Positions 26,267 to 39,065 are shown, counted from the stretch's first letter. The stretch: 40,309 nucleotides of DNA from Conidiobolus incongruus B7586 (GCA_000697335.1 JNEM01013393.1:1-40309); one strand, 5' to 3'. Translations and numbers: made by a program. The notes: generated from the letters alone by a model not told the origin.

Positions 26267-27884
26267 AATTACAAACTGCCTTATTGGATCACGATTATTC
26301 AGCCTAATTATTTCATCAAAATTATCCTTTCATTTTGAGAATGAAGTTGGATTCATTATTATTCATTAAAATCTTATTTTTATTAGGCAATCTTTTTATT
26401 AATCATTCAAATTTTGAATTTGTCATTCCACAACTTTGAAAGATCTTGAAATTTAATCAAAAATTCTTTATTTTTCTTCAACCATTCCTAATTAGATCCA
26501 AGATTTTATTTAATTGCCAAGGCTTATTGACTTTTCAAATATTAGGCTTTATTGATTGGCAATTCTCAATACATATTTTTATAACAATGAAAAATAATAT
26601 CTATGTTTATTATTGTATTTTAAATATTAATTTTATTATTTAAATAATACGTAAAATGACATCTATCAAAGTGGTTATAAACAATGCCTTTATTTAAATA
26701 TATAATTGTGTTTAATTTAAATCAAATAAAAATCTTTTCAGTAATAATTAATTTGTTGAATTTAAAAACAATGTGGATGATGATTTATTATCTTTAAGAG
26801 CAATAACCTTTAATTTTTCTCGTCCAACAAAATTGTTTACGTTAGTCATTTCCAACTATTGTTTATTCAATTATATGATTATAATATTTTAAATAAACCA
26901 AAATGCATATTTGTAAATACTATCGTATATGTGTATTTGAATTTTAATAAGCATTATATTGAAAAATACAATTGTTAAAAACTATCAAAAATTTTCAAAC
27001 TTCAAAGAGTAATCTATAACACAATTATCTCTTGGTAATATACATTAAAAATATTAAAGTTTTTAACTATTATATAGTTTTTAATTATTTAATTGATTAA
27101 ATCAAAATTTATAATAATAAAATTTAATTATTCCACTATAAATTTCTTTTTACTTGAAAATAAGGAATGGCAACTAGATGAAACAACATGTCATCACAAT
27201 TTGAATGTTTATCAAAGTATTTAATGATATTGATATCGCTTCTATCTTAAATGAGCCAATATGGATATCCTTGTGTTATTGTTTAATGATTGTTCATAAT
27301 TTATATATATTAATTTTACCCAGTTGTATAAAGTATTTATAAGATTATACATTAAATATTCATACTAACTATAATTACAAATTGGAATTCAAAATATTGA
27401 ATAATATTTGACAAAAATTTGAAATTTTTTTTTGAAATATATTATAAAAGTTATGTGCAATATATTACTTTAAAATTTAACACATATCTTTAGTCAAATA
27501 TGTTAAAAATAATAACAATATAATTTTTTTAATACATTTGAAATTATTATATTTTTATTTTTTCTACTTATTAAATAATATTTCAAATAAGAGAGAAATA
27601 AAAAGCTCATATTTATAGGTTGTGGCAATTTCAATTGAAAAAAGTTAAAACATTGTTTCAATTCGAAAAAATGAACTGCTATTATAGATATATAAATACA
27701 GCTAGTTATTTAATTACACTCAGGTCTCTGTTAATTGATATTGATAAATTTATTAAATTCAACTTATATTAATATTTATCAATTCCCTCCATATTTAAAA
27801 TAATAAATTTGTAATATTATATTTGTATTTATTAGGGTATATATTCAACATTCAAGTTTTATTGAATTAGCTGAGCTATTAAAA

Positions 27885-29629
27885 ATGGAAGTCAAACAGG
27901 TATCAAGCTTCCACTCTACTTTACGTCAACTTCCAATGATGGCGGGGCTATTAGCACCCGCGTGCTTATTACTGGGCATTGCTCCAATAACAGGGAGCTG
28001 GGAATCCGAAAATTTTCTTTCCAACGAACAATATATAAATTATCATCCAATTATAGTGATATTATTGAGTACTGGTTTAATCTCTTCAATTTTGGCTCAT
28101 ATAGCACTATTATTGAGATTCTTCGATAAGTATGTATTATTAAATACTTGGCTAAGTATATTGGGGTATTTTTTAAATTTTGGATTGACTTTGAGTTCTG
28201 CTTTATATTTTCGTTTTAATTACACTTTAGAAGAAGGAAAACACTACGATGGAGAGTATTATGCCACTTACGTATCCAGTTTTATATCACTGGCTATTTC
28301 TCTAATATTAATCCTCGATTTTTTCAGGAACAATCACTTGAGAGTAAAACTCAGTGGAGTATCCAAAAATCAACGAGTACTTCTACTTATGGCTTTAGTT
28401 GTTGCTATTTGGATTATTATTGGTGCTTTAATATTTTGCTATTGCGAAGGTTGGGCATTCACTAGAGGCATTTACGTTCTTTTGGCCACTTCGACAACCA
28501 TCGGCTTTGGGGATTATGCACCTACATCCATCTCTGGTAGATTAATCTGCATGTTTTATGGAGCTATTGGTATAGTAATGATGGGTATGCTTATTGCGTT
28601 TATTCGATCAGTGGTCCTAGAATCCTTTGAGGCAGTGTATCATGAGCAATTAGAAAGAATAAGGGCGATGGGACTAGAGAGCTTTTATTCATCAACTCTT
28701 ACATTTATACCAAAGGATCAACAATTTGATAAATCTTCCATTACCAAATATAGTGAAAAAACGAGTTGCATAATGACAGTCAGTGACCAGGAAAAAGAAT
28801 TACACAAAGGGCAACTCCGCCAATTCAAAAGACACTTGCACTTTGCCACCATTTCTCTATTGCTATTTTGGTACTAATTAATTGATATTATAATTCCATT
28901 AAACTAATTACCATTTAGGTTTTTAGGTGCTGCTATATTTGACTGGGTCGAAGGTTGGGATTATTTCACGGCTTTTTATTTTTGTTTTATATGTTTTACA
29001 ACCATAGGTAATTTCAAAATTATTAAATGATTTAAATTTATATATAATATCTTTAATTAGGATATGGAGATATCACTGTAAAAACATTTCCAGGTGGAGT
29101 CGTATTTTGTATTTATATCCTCGTTGGATTGGTCACTATGGCATATTTTATATCTGTGGTTACAGAATTCTCTTCATATATTATTGACACCTATGGTAAT
29201 AATAATGAGAAAAAAAAAGATGAAAAAACCAATTCGTATAGAGAGAGGCGTTCCAGATCTTTTAGTTCAGAAGTTAGTGATCTAAAACATGATATCAAAT
29301 TAGTTGAAGCTTTAGACATTGATACTGGATATGAAGAAAGAGATTTGATTCAAAAACTACTGACAGTGGCGGAGTTCTATCATCAAGAAGTCTCTCGTTT
29401 TATCAAAACAATGACCCAAGATTCATATCACAAGCATGATGAAGCTGAATTAAGTTCTACTCATCAGCAGAAAATGGAAAAATATGATAAAATTTATGAA
29501 CAATTAGTCTCTTTATGTAGAAAAAAATTGGATATAAATGAACCTTCATTAATTGAAATACGAGAACCACCTTCAATTCGTTTCAACCCTTCTATCAAAA
29601 GCGAATCAATCCATCATTCAATAGTATAA
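27885..29629 (+). CDS. TOK1: TOK-type two-pore-domain K+ channel, copy 3, ~547 aa
   Basis: Exons 27885-28870, 28919-29007, 29061-29629 in frame (1644 nt). P1 STTIGFGDYAP, P2 FTTIG|YGDI; first donor is GTACTA. Confidence 0.92.
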
Positions 29630-30196
29630 AAATACACAATCACTATTTGAAATATGAATATAAAAGTATTACTTATTTAAATAATAAATTTAATTTCATT
29701 ATTTAAAATATAAATTTTAAAAAAAAATTGAATAATAAATAAATTTAAAAAAAGGGTTAAGAGATGAATTATATAAAATTTAAAATAAAAAGCTATGCCT
29801 TTAAATTGTAATCCTATAAACAAAATTAAATCACAGAAAATATATAAAATAATATAGTATTTGAATAATATATTTTTTATATGTTGAATTGTTTCAATAG
29901 ATATTTTATTCAAATTACTATGTTTGGTATAACTATTATTAAATATACTAATATGATAGCAAGCATTCTCTATAACTTACATACACAATTTTCATTATTT
30001 GAATTGAATTTCTTTAATTGAATCAATTTCAGTTAAATTCTTTTAACTTTTTAAATTGAATAAAAATAAAAATAAAAATAATAATATATTAATTGTTGAA
30101 AAAATTTTTCAATGAATATAAATAATTTCAAAATTGATATTCATATAATTTCAAATATATATCATCTATTTTAAATGTATTTTCACTGATATGATT

Positions 30197-31528
30197 TTAA
30201 ATTTGAGTTTGATATGCTTGCTGATCAATACTGTTTAAAACCAAAAAGGCATCCGTGCCATAGCCATCAATTGACTCTAGATAGAATTGGCCACCAAAAT
30301 ATTCAACGTAAAGTTTAGTCATTGGTAGACCATAGCCCAATCCCGCCATTGGGCCACCAATGCCAGTCTGCATGTTGAGCATTGACTGAAGGTCAAAGAT
30401 AGATCCTGATCCATCTCTATTAGGGTCGACATCATCAATTGAAGGAACCGTGGTGTAGGAATATTTAAAAATATCTTTCAAATTCGCTGATGGGATACCA
30501 CCACCCCTGTCCCGAATACGAATACCCACCATATCAGAATTAGAGGAAATGGTTAATTCTATAGGAGGATAGTATTCAACCTTATTCTTGTTGGCAAATT
30601 CAACAGTTGCTCTATAAGCATTTTTTAGTAGCTCACAAGCAATATATTCGAGATGGACGGGTACATAGGCAAATGTACAGTTATCTTGACCATTGATAAT
30701 GATAGATGGTGACGCTCCATAGTTAATTTGACAGATTTGGTCAACCATCTTGGCAGTGGATGCAAAAAGCTGCGACGGGCACAAGTTTTTTTGAATCACA
30801 CCAACCCAGTTGGGCTGCTCCATGTGTAAAGCCAAATGTTGTTCGGCGATGAGACGAATACTAATTCTGCTGCGGATCATATCGTCCAAAAAACTCGCTG
30901 TAGCATCTTCAGATATATATTTTTGACATTCCAAAAATCCTAAATGTCAAAAGATTTGTAAAATTGTGTGAATTGACTATTGGAAAATGAAATTACCTTG
31001 AGCCAGAGAAGGAATGACATCCGCGTGACTCTGCACCAAATTAGCAATCAATTCTCTAAAGTCTTTGAGCTGGTCTTCAGTCTCAACCCTTGGAAAATTG
31101 GAAATTGCTTCGAATGAGTTATAATACAAACGATAGACAGAACTCAAATGTGGATTGATACCGACAATATAAGGTAATTTTTGAAATTGTTGCACTCTCT
31201 TCGCTAATCTCAGAGGTAGTTCAGTTTGTGTATATTGAGCAGAACTCAATAATTGAGCTTTCGTTAAAGGTGGTGTACCAAATTGAAGTAAGTTTTCCAG
31301 GGTTACTGGCCTTATTGGTTGATTTGCATACTTGAAAGGAATTAGAATTTTAAATCAGATATTTAAATCGAAAGCTACCTTTTCAATTTGATCGTCATAA
31401 AAAGAAACGATTTTAGGATTAGTATTATTTTTATCATGAATTCTAGGAGAAATAGTTGATAATTTCTTTGTAAACTTTATATGAGGCGTTATAAGTTTAT
31501 GTCTTTGTTTTAAAAATCGATTGATCAT
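30197..31528 (-). CDS. mitochondrial pyruvate dehydrogenase / branched-chain alpha-ketoacid dehydrogenase kinase family protein, 3 exons
   Basis: Basic presequence-like start MINRFLKQRHKLITPHIKFTKKLS; YANQPIRPVTLENLLQFG, ELPLRLAKRVQQFQKLPYIVGINP, RSRISIRLIAEQH, ELLKNAYRAT (N box), IRDRGGGI (G1), FKYSYTT, GPMAGLGYGLP (G2), GYGTD. Confidence 0.92.
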
Positions 31529-32918
31529 TATATATAGTTTAAAAAATTAAATAGCGATATATTTTAAATAGATAATTTTAAACAATTTAATTTTTAGCAA
31601 TTGTGATAAGATTGTGTTTTATATAATGTTACAAAAGTGGATTAAAAATTGATTGATTTTTATCACATGCATTATATTAACTTGTGACTGATAATGAATC
31701 ATCAAAGTTAATTATTTTTGGACTGTTGATTATGGGATATATTTATTTTATGGCATGGATCATAAACTAGCTTTGTAAATGGCAAAAAGTTTGAAAAAAT
31801 GGGTTAATTTGAGTATAACATATTCTGCAAATTTAGTAGCAAATCTTGCCAGATAATAAGAATGATAGTAACTTTATCAGTTTGAAAACTATTGGTGTTA
31901 TTTTTATATTATAAAATTAAAGTATGCTTGATCATATTAAAGGTAAATATTTTATAAGTTTAAATTTCAAGGGTTAAAAATCAATTTATCAAAATGCATT
32001 TTGAATTAAATTATACAAATATACTTGAAAATGACTTTTTGCAACAGTGATAATAAGAGCTGAAATAATGTAATAAAATTATTAGATATAATTAAGAATT
32101 ATATATCTAATCAACTAAAGTCAGTTATAAATTGCTAAGCGTTTCTTTGATAAATAATGAAACAAAGTCTACACAAAAAGACTATTTTCTATTAAAAATC
32201 ATAAACTCACTCTTTTGATAGTATATTACATGAATTTTAATATTCCATATATTTACTATGAATATTCTTTTTCTTTTTCTTTTTACTTTCCAAAGAATAA
32301 ATATTTATCTCTTTTCTAATGTACTCATTTTCTATGCTTAGCGTATTTTAAAAGCAATTTTTTTAGTTAGAGTAAATTGTAATAAAATTTGAAATATTTT
32401 CTATTAATGATAAATCACTTTATTATCTTTTTTTCTCGTTTTCATCAATTTTATTCAGCAATTTTTTCATTAATAGCTTTAAAAAGATTTTGCTTTTTTC
32501 TCACAATATCAATATCAATGATAACATTTAATTTTAATATTTTCAAAATATTATAATTATATTTAAAAGAAATAAAATTGAGCTTTTTTGAAATATTTGT
32601 TATTGGATTAAGTATAAAAGTTAGAGATCAATAATTGATAACTTAATATTATCCATAATAATTAAAATACTTGCATAAACATATTCTATTTGATTAAAAA
32701 TGTGCTCTCAGATCTATTAAAAACTAAGTGTCTGATTAGTTCATAATTAGGTGTCAAATTTTCCACAAATTTCAAAGTTTCATTGTTTCAGTTCAATATT
32801 AATATAAAATTAATTAACAAAAGTATATAAATGCTGATTATATTTGTATTTACCTTGATGCATTTCTTTTTAGTCACATGTTCATTTGAAATATTTAAAA
32901 ATTTTGCTTTTTATTCAA

Positions 32919-34470
32919 ATGGAGGTTAACCAAATTCCAAGATATAACTATTCTCTACTTCATCTTACAATGTTCGCGGGACCATTTGTATCTATATGAA
33001 TATTATTAAAAATTTTTCTATTCACAAATAATTGAGAATCTGAAAATTATTTTCCCAACACACTTTATTTTCCTCCTGTTGTTATGTGATTATTTAGTAT
33101 TGAGTTTATATTCACATGTTTCGCTCATTTAACTCTATTAATGCGATCATTAGAAAAACATATTAAGCACTATGCTTAGTGTGGTGGGTTAATTGCTAAG
33201 CTTTGGTCTGACTTTAAGTTCTGTTCTATACTTTCGTTTTCATGATACTTTTTAGTACTATATTTTTATAATCTTTATAAATTTAATTACTGATTTATGA
33301 AAGAACAATGATTTAAAAGTTAGAGGTGATGGACTTTTCAGAAATTAAAGTGAACTAATTTTTATGACTATAATAGTAGCGAATCAGATTAATGGTGCTT
33401 CAGCTTTGCATGTTTGAAGATTAGGCATTGAATAGAGATATATAGGTTGGTTTAATTATTTGGACTACCATCGGTTTCAAGGATTATGCACCAACATAAG
33501 TGTCTTTTAAAGCACTTATCATGTATTATGCAGCGATTGATATTGTTATGAAGTGATGCTGGTTATATTCATTCGATTAGTAATCCTTGAATTATTTAAA
33601 ATTGCATATTGTGAAGCTTTGGAAAAGAGATCGTTAGAATTGAAAAACTTTAATTCTTTTATTCTGCAAATAATTTCACAAAAATCAGCAATCATTTCAA
33701 ACTTCAAATACAAATAAAGAAAAATTTAATCATGATACCCCTATGATCGATCACGAAAGTTGGAAAAAGCTCTGATATTTTAATTAATGAGATATCTACG
33801 CTTTTCAGCAGTTGCTCTACTGTTACTTTGGTAAGCCTCCATATTTTCCTTAGAATTCATGATTAATTAAAAGCTTAGGATATTAGGATATTCAATCTAG
33901 CACTGAGTTGAGCAATGGGATTATTTTACAGCATTCTGTCTTTGTTTTCTTACAACTATTAGTTTATTTAACGCCATGACTTAATATATATATTATCCTT
34001 CATTAAGATATGGAGATATTTTCTTAGAATTATTTCCAGGTTGCGTCGTTTTCTGTGTTTATATATTGATTCAGTAATGATGGCTTATCCTATATCTTGT
34101 AGATATAGAATTCTTTTCACTCATTATTGATACTTATGGTAATAGAATTGAGAGAAAAAGAAAGAAAAAAAGCTGGTTCCTGCCTAAATACATCTCCTAA
34201 AACCTCCAATTCAGAGGTTGGTGATCCAAGCTGTAACTCAGGATTAATTGAAGCTTTATAGATCGATATAGCAGATGAAGTATTAGGTCTAGTTGAAAAA
34301 TTACTAGTAATGGCCTGATTTTATCATCAATTTTTAAATCTTTTCAAAACAATGGTGGTGATTGAATTTCAAAATGTCAATGATCAAACCAAATATAACT
34401 ATGTTTGACTCCAAAAATGGGAAAATATAACAAAATTTATCACCAGTTGGTTTCTTTGTATATGCAATTG
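32919..34470 (+). pseudogene. TOK-type K+ channel pseudogene (copy 4)
   Basis: No long ORF, but colinear fragments: MEVNQIPRYNYSLLHLTMFAG, DFMKNNDLKVRGDGL, TTIGFKDYAP (33464), LW|gtaag intron, FLTTI...YGDI, IIDTYGNRIERKRK, SEVGDPS...LIEAL*, KLLVMA*FYHQ, KYNKIYHQLVSL. Many stops and frameshifts. Confidence 0.9.
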
Positions 34471-36485
34471 ACGGCCGTAGCCGCTGGAGAAATTAAGTTT
34501 TAAGAGCTTAAACGGGGAATCGCCAGTGGTAAACAATATGTTACTACAAAATTAAGCGAAATTAATAGGGTTCACCAAATTAGGTGAAAATGGCTTACTG
34601 CGAATAAAGTAAATAAATCACACTTGTCACGACTCAATACTTTTGTGAGCATCACAAGAAAATCTTAGAGACTGGATACTTTTGGAAAGATGAGTTTATT
34701 AAGTGATAGGTTTAACCAGTTCATGAAATGAGGTACCTCCAATGTAACTTCTTAAATTAGAGTGGTAATTGGATTTTCTTGAGTGATGGACAAGATTATT
34801 CCCCATCACAATTGTTATTCACAAAAAAGCTCTCTAAAGTGAAATACAGGAATCTCTTTCAACTCGCCTACTCATTTTAACCAATAGTTAATTTAATTAA
34901 CACATACTACCTTAAAAATGACTGTTATGCATTTGGTATATTATATTTAATGTAAACCAAATTTATCAAAAACATACCATTATTTCACAAAACAATTAGG
35001 TCTTTCATTGTTTTTGATGACTAAAATATTATAATATTTTTGTTTACATCAAATTATTTTATAGCTATTTTTACAATAAAGAATTGGTATTTCCAATTTG
35101 TGTACTTTGGTTAATATAATTTTAAATATTTTTAATTAAATATCAGAAAAATATTATACAATTGACAATATATTATTGAATTAAAATTTATTTAGATATT
35201 GTATAAGTAACTCCTAATAATTTAATCTGAAAGCAATAATCATGTTATATTTGTTTAAACTGCAATATAATTCAAATACTATGATTTATATAATAATATA
35301 ATTTAAATTGGAAAAAAATTGGAGAAATAGATTTAAATTAATCATGTATAAATAACCATTTTTGAAAACTTTTTTTAGTTAAAATGTATGATTCATTTTA
35401 AACAAGTACTACTTGTATAACTGATAATATGTTAATATTGCGATACTATTGAAATTATTAATTATAGCATTTTCTCTTATTTAATACATAATATTAATAT
35501 TTTTAAACTTATATCATTATTTGGTTTTATATTTTTTATAAAAAATTTCTTAATAATTACTAATTATCTCAATCATCAATTTATTAGAAATAATTTTTTA
35601 AGAAAAATATTTTTCAAACAGTTGTAATATTTTTCATATAATGAGTTTTATAAATGAATTTTTTGTGAATTATTTTTTGATTAAGAACTATTACCATATA
35701 TCTATCACTTATTAAAATGATGCTGATAAATTAAATGGTTCAAATCTAACAATTACAAATATAATTGTATTAAGTGATTGATATTCAAAATTGAAATAAT
35801 AATAATAATAATAAAACTATTCGTTAAATTTAGAAAAGAATAATATTATAATTTCAAATTAAATAAAAAATGCAGAATGATGGAATATACCAAACAAAAT
35901 GTATATACTATTATTAGAATATTATAATACATTATTTTAATTGAATTGGCAAAATTATTTTGTAATGTATTTCTGTGACTAAAGTAAATAAACTAAATGG
36001 TGAATAATAATTGAACGAATATCTAACTCAATATAAAAACTTAATAATCATATTTATAATACAGAATTATTAATGAATTGATTTATTACCATTAGAGAAT
36101 AAAATTAAATTAATATTTAATGTGGTATATATAATTTATAGTCTAATAGTATATAATTACTTTTATAAACTAATCCCTCACTCTATCAATTTTAGTAACG
36201 GATTTATTTAATATTGAATAATATTACAACTTCAATTCTCATCTATTGGAATTCGTTTCAAAAATTTTAATATTATACAACATTATTTTGTAATTTTAAT
36301 TCAAGTTATTTTTAAAGTTAACAATATATATATATATATATATGAATATAAATTTTATTAATAGGGTGTAATTCATATGAATAAATCAAAATATTATAAT
36401 TAAATAGAAATGAATTTATTAGATAGATTAAATACAAATATTCAATAAAATAATAAGATCAATTAAATGTTAAAAGTTCATAAAT

Positions 36486-37100
36486 TTAGAGAAGAGTGAA
36501 TAAAGCAACCATAGATGACATTAATATAGCAGAGGAAGGAATCATACTCATAGCTGCAGAGCTGCCTTTGGTGCTGGAGCTTGAGCTAGTATCATTAGTA
36601 AGAACAACTTTAGGAGCGGGGTATTTAGTAGCAGCTGCAGCATCGGCAGAATCTGGAGTACCGATCCAAAGGCTGGAGCCGTTCTTACAAATTTGGTGGG
36701 TTGGAAAATAGAGGGTATTATTAGACTCAGCAGTCATAGGAAGCTTTAAAGAGAGACCAAATTCAGTGTATTGATCTGCAGCTAAGACGTTACCTGTGTA
36801 AGAGACAGAGGCAACAGTTGTGTTCTTCAATGTCCCATCTTCCTGAGGAATAGGAGGATCCAATGGACGGTATCCAAAAGTCAAATTCCAACCTGGAACA
36901 GCTTGAGGTGTAACACTCTTAACTTCATTTGGAATTACAATGGTGACGTTGACAGTAGGTGATTTTCCACAACCATGAGGAACCCTGAGGAGGGTGACCA
37001 AATAAGATCCTGGTTTTCCAACAGCGGGATTAGCAGTGACATGAGCATCATAATAAGTCAATAAAGAAGCTAAAGTGATAAAACTAGCAAAGAATTTCAT
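36486..37100 (-). CDS. secreted, probably GPI-anchored YcnI/DUF1775-like copper-binding protein
   Basis: Signal peptide MKFFASFITLASLLTYYDA followed by HVT; LRVPHGC, PTVNVTIVIP, PQAVPGW, DQYTEF, LYFPTHQIC, SLWIG, YPAPKV match DUF1775 from memory; Ser-rich linker and hydrophobic C-terminal tail; intronless. Confidence 0.85.
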   Translation of the reverse strand: MKFFASFITLASLLTYYDAHVTANPAVGKPGSYLVTLLRVPHGCGKSPTVNVTIVIPNEVKSVTPQAVPGWNLTFGYRPLDPPIPQEDGTLKNTTVASVSYTGNVLAADQYTEFGLSLKLPMTAESNNTLYFPTHQICKNGSSLWIGTPDSADAAAATKYPAPKVVLTNDTSSSSSTKGSSAAMSMIPSSAILMSSMVALFTLL

Positions 37101-39065
37101 TATGGTGAAAATATAAAATGTTAATACTGATTTAATCGAGTTAGTAGGCGATATATATACTGGATTTTTATAATCTCCTTAATCAAGCAATAACATGGAT
37201 AGGGAGAAAGATATGATAGCTTCATCCTAAATAACATTCCTAATTATATACATTTCAAGTATGTTCTAAGTGATTTTTAAAAGATTGATTGGATAGGTTT
37301 TAAAAATTAATAATAAATGGTTCGAATTGATAACCTAATTTAGAATTTTTCTAGAATTGAAATGTAAGTTAAAGGGAGATTTAATGGATTTTGTAAAATG
37401 TAAAAAAAATTTTTATTCTCAAACAATTTAATAAATTTTGCCAAACAATTTAATATTATCAAAGATATTATGATAAGGGTATGAAGTTACAAGAAACAAA
37501 ATTAGAAAAAAATTTAAGTTGCTTGAGTTATATATTAATTGATATGACTTCCTTCGCATTTTGTAAAAATGAGTCATAATAATCATAGAAATATCAGATT
37601 TATTTCTAATACTTGCCAAATGGTTTAAAAATATATATGAATATAACATTTATAAGTCCAAAAATATAACATATGCAGAGAATATATTCTGGATGTGCTA
37701 GCATTTTACCATTTTTAAACCTCAGTTTTGGATTAATTATATAATCCACTATAATTATGTATCCTCTTTTTTGAACAAAAATCAATTTGGTCAAATTGAA
37801 TAACCCAAAATTTTGGCAACTTTTTCATAATAAAATAGTAGGTCTGGATAAACAATTTACTTTTAGTGTATTTCATAGGGGATATTAATTCACTTGATTC
37901 TTATATCTAATCTTGATAATTTGAAAAGTTTAATAATACAGGTTATCCAATGCAACCTAAAAATATGTTGATAAAAATTTATGAGGACAATGAAGGTTAT
38001 ATGAGTCATAGACAGGATTAATTGGATCATTTTTTGAAAAAAAATAATTTGTTAATTTAATTGATGAGTAAATAGATTAATGAAATTGAAATTAACATAA
38101 TATATGAATTCTAGCCCTCTTTCTAACACAGGAATTGGAATAGTTGCAAACCGGTTATATATATATTAATTTCACTAGTATTTCCATTAACTAGAATCAG
38201 ATTTACTTAATAAAATATATTGTCATATGAAATGTGTATATATCATAATAAATTGTGAAATATTAAACAATTCTTATAATTCAAAGTTTCAATCATTAGA
38301 TTAAACAAAAACTTGTAAGCATGTACTATATATTTGTCTGTTTTTTCATAATAGCTTTATTTACATCCATTTACATTATCAATTTTATAATTTTAGAATA
38401 GTGATTAGTATATGATATTTAATTGTAATTTTTTTTTCAATTAGTATTAATAATCCTAAAATTCAGTATTTAATCGATTATTTTATTTTTGAAATATTCC
38501 GAAATAATATTTATTCAATTTATAATTTATATTTTTAAATATTCTATTACTTCATAGTTCAAACCTTTATATATTAACACAATTTATTCTTGTCAGAAAT
38601 TTTCAAAATCAGAAATTTTATGATATTAAACTAAATATGGAAATATTCTAGATTTCAAATAGAATTTTCTTTTAAATAATTGTTAATAATTTATTTACTT
38701 AACCCGTTTTATAGTTTAAAATTAACTGAATGAATATTTTTATATAAATCTTAAAATATCAATATTTTTCTTAGTTAATTTTTTAAGATATATTTCAGAA
38801 TTTATATCAAAAACATAATTTGAAAATTTAAAATAACTATAATTACATTTTTAAAAAGTATTATTTGAATTATGTATAGTATATAAAATTGATAAATAGT
38901 TTAGTTTTCACATGTGATGTTCAATTGATACTAGTTAATAATTGTATTCTTTTAGATATGTTTTCCTTAATTTAATAAATGATTCAATTATATAATTATA
39001 GTTTAAACATACGTCTATATGTTTTGGTACAAAATAATAAAATAATATATAAACTGAAAAAAGAT

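Noticed and set aside
20517..37100. Idea of a metal/ion homeostasis gene cluster (NIF3 + TOK + YcnI-like)
   Set aside because: NIF3 and the kinase are ordinary conserved genes, and no shared regulatory motif was seen; proximity alone is not evidence.
37101..38200. Search for Mac1-type copper-response elements (TTTGCTCA/TTTGCGCA) upstream of the YcnI-like gene
   Set aside because: No clear match seen by eye, so Cu regulation is not supported from the promoter sequence.
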